Positions 57,456 through 64,000 of a stretch of DNA of 64,000 bases are shown here, piece after piece. Each line of letters opens with the position of its first letter. Positions within the stretch are counted from its first letter, which is position 1. Made by a program: the position numbers and the translations under genes. The notes under the pieces are model-generated. The model was not told where the DNA came from, ran no database searches, and saw only the letters and a program-made list of their open reading frames with translations. The DNA comes from an uncultured Roseburia sp. (GTDB lineage: Bacteria; Bacillota; Clostridia; Lachnospirales; Lachnospiraceae). The stretch is from assembly GCA_947174805.1 (NCBI GenBank), contig CAMWKH010000007.1:10345-74344 (forward strand), written 5' to 3'.

Positions 57456-58346
57456 ATGTCATTTTCAAGCGAGGTTAAACAGGAACTGGCCGGCTCTTTT
57501 GCCAAAAGCCGGCACTGTATGCTGGCTGAGCTGGCGGCAATTATCAGTTACACAGGGAAAGTCCGAGTCTTAAAGGGAGAGGTTTCCCTTTTGGTCCAGA
57601 CGGATAATGAGCTGGTAGGCGATAAGTATAAGATATTGCTGGAACGTCTGTTTCAGATAAAGGCGGATCCCAGGGAACTGTCCCAGACGGATATTTTAAG
57701 GGTTCTTGAGGGAGTAAAATTGTGGGATAAGTCGAATCATTGTTTTAAAAACACTTCTGCCGTGGACGGCATTTTAATTCAGCAGAACTGTTGTAAGCGG
57801 GCCTTTATCAGAGGCGCTTTCTTAGCAGCAGGCTCCATCAGCAATCCCAATAAGGGATATCACTTTGAGATTGTATGTGCATCCCTGCCCCAGGCAAAGC
57901 AGATCCAGTCCGCAATGAATAGCTTTGACGCAGATGCAAAAATTGTTTCACGCAAAAAAAATCAAGTGGTGTACGTTAAAGAGGGGGCGCACATTGTAGA
58001 CCTTTTAAATGTTATGGAAGCCCATGTGGCCCTTATGAATCTGGAAAATGTGCGCATTGTAAAGGAGATGCGCAATTCCGTGAATCGGCAGGTAAACTGT
58101 GAGACGGCAAATATCAGCAAAACGGTGAATGCGGCGGTGAGACAGATTGAGGATATTGTGTACATCAGGGACCATATGGGGCTTGAGAGCCTGCCGGACC
58201 ATTTGAGGGAGATGGCGCTGCTGCGCCTTAAGTATCCGGACGTTCCCTTAAAAGAACTGGGGTCTTATTTAAGCCCTCCGGTGGGGAAATCCGGTGTGAA
58301 CCACAGGCTGAGGAAGCTGTCAAAAATAGCGGAGGAAATGCGCTGA
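57456..58346 (+). CDS. whiA: WhiA DNA-binding protein
   Basis: SFSSEVK, RGAFLAAGS, NRQVNCETAN, KSGVNHRLRK. Confidence 0.96.
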   Translation: MSFSSEVKQELAGSFAKSRHCMLAELAAIISYTGKVRVLKGEVSLLVQTDNELVGDKYKILLERLFQIKADPRELSQTDILRVLEGVKLWDKSNHCFKNTSAVDGILIQQNCCKRAFIRGAFLAAGSISNPNKGYHFEIVCASLPQAKQIQSAMNSFDADAKIVSRKKNQVVYVKEGAHIVDLLNVMEAHVALMNLENVRIVKEMRNSVNRQVNCETANISKTVNAAVRQIEDIVYIRDHMGLESLPDHLREMALLRLKYPDVPLKELGSYLSPPVGKSGVNHRLRKLSKIAEEMR

Positions 58347-58370
58347 AAATTCCAGAAAGGGTAAACATCT

Positions 58371-59258
58371 ATGAAAAAGCTTTTGTTTATTTTTAACCCA
58401 CATTCCGGGAAAGCTCAGATAAAGAGTAAATTGCTTCAGATTGTAGATATTATGGTGAAGGCGGGGTATGAAGTCACTGTGTACCCCACCCAGGAGAGGA
58501 GCGATGCCAGCAGGGTGGCGGAAGAGAATGCGGGAAAGTATGACTTGGTGGTGTGCAGCGGCGGTGACGGCACTTTGGATGAAGTGGTGAGCGGCATGAT
58601 GAAATGTCCAAAAAGGATTCCCCTAGGCTATATCCCTGCGGGGAGCACCAATGATTTTGCAAGTTCCCTAAAAATACCAAAAGATATGGCAAAGGCGGCA
58701 AAGATTGCAGTAACCGGGAGAAAGTTTTCCTGCGACGTGGGGAAATTTGACGAGAAGCCTTTTATCTATGTGGCTGCATTTGGGATTTTTACGGAGGTTT
58801 CCTACAGTACCAAGCAGGAGTGGAAAAATATTTTAGGCCACGCAGCATATCTCTTGGAGGGGGCAAAAAGCCTTCACAGTTTTGCATCCTACCATATGCG
58901 GGTGGAACACGACGGGGAAGTTCTTGAGGGAGAGTTTATTTTCGGCATGATTACCAACTCCATCTCTGTGGGGGGATTTAAAAATATGACGGGAAAAAAT
59001 GTGGAATTGGACGACGGGGTCTTTGAAGTGACCCTGATCCATATGCCCAAAAATCCTGTGGAGCTCAATGCCATTTTGGCATCCCTGACAAATCTTATTG
59101 ACGATACGGATTTAATTCATTCTTTTAAGAGCAGCCAGGTGTCCTTTTTGTCGGAGGAGGAAGTCCCCTGGACCTTAGACGGGGAATTTGGAGGGGCAAC
59201 CAGAGAAGTTACTGTGAGAAATGAACAGAGGGCACTAGACATTATGGTTAAGAATTGA
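58371..59258 (+). CDS. Diacylglycerol/lipid kinase family protein (YegS/BmrU-like)
   Basis: NPHSG, GGDGTLDE, GSTNDFA, LDGE. Confidence 0.92.
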   Translation: MKKLLFIFNPHSGKAQIKSKLLQIVDIMVKAGYEVTVYPTQERSDASRVAEENAGKYDLVVCSGGDGTLDEVVSGMMKCPKRIPLGYIPAGSTNDFASSLKIPKDMAKAAKIAVTGRKFSCDVGKFDEKPFIYVAAFGIFTEVSYSTKQEWKNILGHAAYLLEGAKSLHSFASYHMRVEHDGEVLEGEFIFGMITNSISVGGFKNMTGKNVELDDGVFEVTLIHMPKNPVELNAILASLTNLIDDTDLIHSFKSSQVSFLSEEEVPWTLDGEFGGATREVTVRNEQRALDIMVKN

Positions 59259-59306
59259 TATAATGTAACGTAGGAGTTAAATTTAGGATATAAAGGAGAG
59301 ATAATT

Positions 59307-60170
59307 ATGTTAGTTTCTGCAAAAGAAATGCTTGACAAAGCAAAAGCCGGCCACTACGCAGTGGGACAGTTCAACATTAACAACTTAGAGTGGACAAAAT
59401 CCATTTTAGCTACCGCTCAGGAGTTAAATTCACCGGTTATCCTGGGAGTATCAGAGGGTGCCGGAAAGTACATGACAGGTTATAAGACTGTTGTGGGCAT
59501 GGTTAAGGGAATGATGGAAGAGATGAATATCACAGTTCCTGTTGCCCTTCACTTAGACCATGGTTCCTATGAAGGATGCTTAAAATGTGTGGAAGCAGGA
59601 TTTTCCTCTATCATGTTTGACGGTTCCCACTATCCTATCGATGAGAACGTTGCAAAAACAACGGAGTTAGTGAAACTGGCACATGACAACAACATGTCTA
59701 TTGAGGCTGAGGTTGGTTCTATCGGCGGAGAGGAAGACGGCGTTGTGGGTATGGGAGAGTGCGCAGACCCGGAAGAGTGCAAGGCTATCGCTGATTTAGG
59801 CGTAGACATGCTGGCGGCAGGAATCGGCAATATCCACGGAAAATATCCGGAAAACTGGGCAGGACTTAGCTTTGAGACACTGGATGCGGTTCAGAAGCTT
59901 ACAGGGGCTATGCCTTTAGTGCTTCACGGCGGTACAGGTATTCCTGAGGATATGATTAAGAAAGCCATCTCTCTTGGCGTTGCCAAGATTAATGTAAATA
60001 CAGAGTGTCAGTTATCCTTTGCAGATGCTACACGTAAATATATCGAAGCAGGTAAAGATTTGGAGGGCAAAGGATTTGACCCCAGAAAACTTTTGGCTCC
60101 GGGAGCAGAGGCAATTAAAGCAACCGTAAAAGAGAAAATGGAATTATTCGGCTCTGTGGGAAAAGCTTAA
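59307..60170 (+). CDS. fba: Class II fructose-1,6-bisphosphate aldolase
   Basis: LHLDHG, MFDGSH, EAEVG, GNIHG, LHGGTG, KINVNT. Confidence 0.97.
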   Translation: MLVSAKEMLDKAKAGHYAVGQFNINNLEWTKSILATAQELNSPVILGVSEGAGKYMTGYKTVVGMVKGMMEEMNITVPVALHLDHGSYEGCLKCVEAGFSSIMFDGSHYPIDENVAKTTELVKLAHDNNMSIEAEVGSIGGEEDGVVGMGECADPEECKAIADLGVDMLAAGIGNIHGKYPENWAGLSFETLDAVQKLTGAMPLVLHGGTGIPEDMIKKAISLGVAKINVNTECQLSFADATRKYIEAGKDLEGKGFDPRKLLAPGAEAIKATVKEKMELFGSVGKA

Positions 60171-60256
60171 GATGCTGTAAAATTTCACAAAAAAAGAATT
60201 GCTTTGGATAAAAAGTTGTAAAAAATAGAAAAAAGAAGAAAAATTTGCTTTTTCTA

Positions 60257-60360
60257 TTGCATTTTTCATTTGGTTGATGTATTCTACTACCAGCAAATGA
60301 AGTATGCTAATTGATGAAAAGAACAAGGGTGTTCCAAGTGTATTTGGAATGCCCTTATTT
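60257..60360 (+). promoter_or_regulatory. glnA promoter with an ANTAR-type dual-hairpin/terminator leader
   Basis: TTGCAT-17-TATTCT; hairpin AGCA-AATGAAGTA-TGCT (60292-308); GAAC-AAGGGT-GTTC (60321-34, loop A1/G4) overlapping the 13-bp terminator stem 60325-37/60344-56. Confidence 0.72.
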
Positions 60361-60395
60361 ATATGCAGGACGCATATGGAAAGGATGGATTTGTT

Positions 60396-62531
60396 ATGGA
60401 AAGAGCCGGGGAATATTACAGCGTATCTGAAATTTTTGGAGAAAACGTATTTAACGATGCAGTGATGCAGGAACGTCTGCCGAAAAAAGTGTATCAGAAA
60501 ATGAAGCAGACGATCAGTGAGGGCAGGGAGCTTGATTTGGCCACTGCAGATGTGGTGGCCCATGAGATGAAAGAGTGGGCAATAGAAAAAGGGGCAACCC
60601 ATTACACCCACTGGTTTCAGCCCCTGACAGGGGTGACGGCGGAAAAGCATGATTCTTTTATCACCGCACCCATGGAAAACGGAAAAGTTCTTATGAGTTT
60701 TTCCGGTAAAGAGCTGATTAAAGGGGAGCCGGACGCCTCCTCCTTCCCCTCCGGAGGACTTCGGGCCACTTTTGAGGCCAGAGGATACACCGCATGGGAC
60801 TGTACCTCACCTGCCTTTGTGAGACAGGATGCTGCCGGGGCAACTCTTTGCATCCCAACCGCCTTCTGTTCCTATACCGGGGAGGCATTGGACCAGAAAA
60901 CACCGCTGCTGCGTTCCATGGAGGCAGTGGACAAACAAGCTGTCCGCCTTTTACGCCTGTTTGGGAATAATACATCCAAAAAAGTAACAGCTTCCGTGGG
61001 CCCGGAGCAGGAATACTTTATTGTGGACAGGGAGAAATATTTAAAGAGAAAAGATTTGATCTTTACCGGGCGCACCTTATTTGGGGCAATGCCTCCTAAG
61101 GGTCAGGAGATGGATGACCATTACTTTGGGGCAATTCGGGAGAGAATTGCGGCTTATATGCGGGATGTAAACAAGGAGTTGTGGAAACTGGGCGTCTCCG
61201 CAAAGACCCAGCACAATGAGGTGGCACCGGCACAGCATGAGTTGGCGCCTATTTATGCAACCGCCAATGTGGCAGTTGACCACAATCAGCTGATTATGGA
61301 GACTTTAAAGAAGATTGCAGGGCGCCACGGCTTACAGTGCCTTCTTCACGAGAAACCTTTTGCCGGGGTAAACGGTTCCGGAAAACACAATAACTGGTCC
61401 ATTACCACTGACGATGGAATTAATCTTTTGGACCCCGGCGTGACACCCCATGAGAACGTACAGTTCCTTTTGGTTTTGACCTGTATTTTAAAGGCGGTGG
61501 ATATCCATGCAGATTTGTTAAGGGAATCTGCGGCGGATGTGGGAAATGACCACAGGCTTGGGGCAAATGAGGCGCCTCCCGCTATTATTTCCATCTATTT
61601 AGGAGAGCAGCTTCAGGATGTGCTTACCCAGTTAATCAGCACCGGTTCCGCAACCCACAGTTTAAGCGGAAGCAAGTTAGAGACCGGGGTGAAAACCCTT
61701 CCTGACTTTATGAAAGATGCCACGGACAGAAACAGGACTTCACCTTTTGCCTTTACAGGAAATAAATTTGAATTCCGTATGGTGGGTTCCCAGGATTCCA
61801 TTGCACAGCCTAATGTGGTGTTAAATACTATTGTTGCAGAGGCATTTTCCCAGGCCTGTGACGTTCTGGAAAAGGCTAAGGCGGAAGACAATTTCGAGAT
61901 GGCAGTCCACAACCTGATAAAAGAATATGCAACGGAGCATCAGAGGGTGGTATTTAACGGCAACGGATATTCCGACGAGTGGGTGGAGGAGGCTAAAAGG
62001 CGCGGACTTCCCAACATTACGTCTATGGTGGATGCAATTCCGGCTTTGAATACGGAAAAATCTGTAAAACTCTTTGAAAAATTCGGCGTGTTTACCAAAG
62101 CTGAGCTGGATTCCCGTGTGGAGATTGAGTACGAGACCTATGCAAAGGAGATTAATATAGAGGCCAGGGCTATGATTGACATTGCTGGAAAGCAGATTAT
62201 TCCGGCAGTCATCAAATATACCACAGCCCTTGCCACATCTCTCTCCGCTGTGGCAAGCGCCTGCGGGGAAGCGGATGTAAGCGTGCAGAAGGAATTATTG
62301 ATGGAGGTGTCCGATTTGCTCTCCGATACCAAAAAAGCCCTTGCAGCCCTCCAGGATGTGGCAGAGCAGGGAGCGTCTATGGAAGAGGGAAGGGCACAGG
62401 CTGTGTTCTACCGGGATACGGTGAAGTCTGCTATGGATGCGTTGAGGGCTCCTGTGGACAAACTGGAGATGCTGGTGGATAAAGATATGTGGCCAATGCC
62501 ATCCTACGGCGATTTGATATTTGAAGTGTAG
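60396..62531 (+). CDS. glnA: Glutamine synthetase type III
   Basis: [73 protein letters not shown]. Confidence 0.96.
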   Translation: MERAGEYYSVSEIFGENVFNDAVMQERLPKKVYQKMKQTISEGRELDLATADVVAHEMKEWAIEKGATHYTHWFQPLTGVTAEKHDSFITAPMENGKVLMSFSGKELIKGEPDASSFPSGGLRATFEARGYTAWDCTSPAFVRQDAAGATLCIPTAFCSYTGEALDQKTPLLRSMEAVDKQAVRLLRLFGNNTSKKVTASVGPEQEYFIVDREKYLKRKDLIFTGRTLFGAMPPKGQEMDDHYFGAIRERIAAYMRDVNKELWKLGVSAKTQHNEVAPAQHELAPIYATANVAVDHNQLIMETLKKIAGRHGLQCLLHEKPFAGVNGSGKHNNWSITTDDGINLLDPGVTPHENVQFLLVLTCILKAVDIHADLLRESAADVGNDHRLGANEAPPAIISIYLGEQLQDVLTQLISTGSATHSLSGSKLETGVKTLPDFMKDATDRNRTSPFAFTGNKFEFRMVGSQDSIAQPNVVLNTIVAEAFSQACDVLEKAKAEDNFEMAVHNLIKEYATEHQRVVFNGNGYSDEWVEEAKRRGLPNITSMVDAIPALNTEKSVKLFEKFGVFTKAELDSRVEIEYETYAKEINIEARAMIDIAGKQIIPAVIKYTTALATSLSAVASACGEADVSVQKELLMEVSDLLSDTKKALAALQDVAEQGASMEEGRAQAVFYRDTVKSAMDALRAPVDKLEMLVDKDMWPMPSYGDLIFEV

Positions 62532-62548
62532 TTTTAAGTAAGGAAAAA

Positions 62549-62606
62549 GAAGATGCGTTTTCTTGGAACCACGAAGCTGTGGAGAAGGGGGAACGTGTCT
62601 TTTTTT
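62549..62606 (+). terminator. Probable terminator after glnA
   Basis: AGATGCGTT.../...AACGTGTCT stem with G-U pairs, inner CCAC-GAAGCT-GTGG, then a T7 tract. Confidence 0.6.
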
Positions 62607-62717
62607 ATTTACAGGGGCACATAAAGAAAATAGCAGCAAAGCTGCATGTACCCCTACAGCGGACAGAAATGCTGTCCGAATATCACAGAAAATCTGTGAA
62701 AAAGAGGAGGAAATATT

Positions 62718-64000
62718 ATGACAAATGAGATTATGGAAGTAATGCAAAGCAACATTTTCGGCCTATGGTTTTTAATTGGAACGGCGCTGGTATTTTGGAT
62801 GCAGGCAGGTTTTGCAATGGTGGAGGCAGGCTTTACCAGGGCTAAAAACTCCGGAAATATTATTATGAAAAACCTGATGGATTTCTGTATCGGCACGGTG
62901 ATGTTTATCCTCATTGGATTTTCCCTGCTGTTTGGGGAAGATTTTATGGGATTTCTGGGAAAACCGGGGTTTGATATTTTTACCAGCTATGCAGATTTTG
63001 ATTTTTCAAATTTTATATTTAACCTGGTATTTTGTGCCACAACGGCAACCATCGTGTCGGGAGCCATGGCGGAGCGGACAAAATTTTTGTCTTACTGTAT
63101 TTATTCCGGCGTGATTTCCGCGCTGATTTATCCCATTGAAGCCCATTGGGTTTGGGGCGGCGGCTGGCTTTCCCAGATAGGATTTCACGATTTTGCAGGC
63201 TCCGCCTGTATTCATATGGTGGGGGGCGTATGTGCCCTGATAGGGGCAAAAATCTTAGGGCCCCGTATCGGTAAGTTTTCCAAAGACAAACAGGGAAATA
63301 TTACAAAAGTAAACGCATTTCCGGGACATAACATCCCAATCGGAGCCCTTGGAGTATTTATCCTCTGGCTGGGCTGGTATGGATTTAACGGTGCTGCGGC
63401 AGCGTCTGTGGCAGAACTTGGCTCTATCTTTGTGACTACAACGATTGCCCCGGCCATTGCAACGGTGGTGTGTATGGTATTTACCTGGATGAAGTTTGGA
63501 AAACCGGATGTTTCCATGTGCTTAAATGCATCCCTTGCAGGGCTTGTGGCAGTTACAGCCTCCTGTGACGTGACAGATGCACTTGGGGCTTCCGTAATTG
63601 GATTTGTGGCAGGGCTTCTGGTGGTTTTCGGCGTGTGGCTTTTAGATGAAAAACTCCGCATTGACGACCCGGTGGGAGCTGTTGCGGTACATATGATGAA
63701 CGGCATCTGGGGAACCATTGCAGTAGGTCTTTTTGCAACGGACACAGCTCCGGCATTTGCCAGAGGCTACGGGGACGGCGTTACCTTTGGTGCAAACCAG
63801 ATTGTGGGAAAAGGCTTATTTTACGGAGGCGGATTTAAGCTTCTGGGAATCCAGCTCTTTGGAATGGCAAGCATTATTGCCTTTACGGCAGTGACCATCA
63901 CCATTACTTTTTTGGCAATCCGTGCAGCTATTGGGCTTCGGGCTTCTGAGGAGGAGGAAATCTTAGGTTTGGATATCACGGAACACGGCCTGCCCTCCGC
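62718..64000 (+). CDS. amtB: Ammonium transporter (runs off the window end; not in the ORF track)
   Basis: AGGAGG RBS then MTNEIM...FWMQAGFAMVEAG...VSGAMAER...HWVWGGGWL...HDFAGS...IHMVGG...WFGFNG-like WYGFNG...IDDPVGAVAVH. Confidence 0.96.
   Translation, partial: MTNEIMEVMQSNIFGLWFLIGTALVFWMQAGFAMVEAGFTRAKNSGNIIMKNLMDFCIGTVMFILIGFSLLFGEDFMGFLGKPGFDIFTSYADFDFSNFIFNLVFCATTATIVSGAMAERTKFLSYCIYSGVISALIYPIEAHWVWGGGWLSQIGFHDFAGSACIHMVGGVCALIGAKILGPRIGKFSKDKQGNITKVNAFPGHNIPIGALGVFILWLGWYGFNGAAAASVAELGSIFVTTTIAPAIATVVCMVFTWMKFGKPDVSMCLNASLAGLVAVTASCDVTDALGASVIGFVAGLLVVFGVWLLDEKLRIDDPVGAVAVHMMNGIWGTIAVGLFATDTAPAFARGYGDGVTFGANQIVGKGLFYGGGFKLLGIQLFGMASIIAFTAVTITITFLAIRAAIGLRASEEEEILGLDITEHGLPS

Overview
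Chromosomal window from a motile, butyrate-producing Clostridia bacterium, most likely Lachnospiraceae (inferred from gene content). In order it holds: a partial amidohydrolase; a BirA-controlled bioY-bioB-bioD-bioA-MATE operon; an MCP and a beta-propeller/HD-GYP signalling gene; an mtnN-luxS-csoR-like cluster; ahpC with a stand-alone AhpF-N-terminal-type oxidoreductase; an orphan 62-aa tandem-repeat Cys/Asn/Asp peptide gene; a glycerol catabolic operon (glpK, glpF, three-gene G3P dehydrogenase module) separated from its regulators (glpP, DhaS-like TetR) by a 1433-aa modular GH26 mannanase; butyryl-CoA:acetate CoA-transferase with a Rex-like box; Rrf2 plus a minimal sufCB pair; sbcD-sbcC-murI-WYL; an AT-rich patch with a LytTR/GHKL pair, its direct-repeat target promoter and an Rpn nuclease; NYN-LOTUS plus a small 4-Cys protein; housekeeping genes (pyrG, ftsH, uvrC, hprK, M18 peptidase, murB, rapZ, whiA, DAGK-like, fba); and GSIII glnA with an ANTAR-type leader followed by a partial amtB. 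I saw no tRNA, rRNA or CRISPR array. The best leads are the repeat peptide at 16897-17085, the LytTR-driven ~330-nt transcript with only a 15-aa aromatic ORF (43984-44389), two matching GlpP-type leader RNAs, the ANTAR and amtB leaders, and a possible intragenic Rpn antitoxin start. All family assignments come from motif recognition by eye; no database searches were run.
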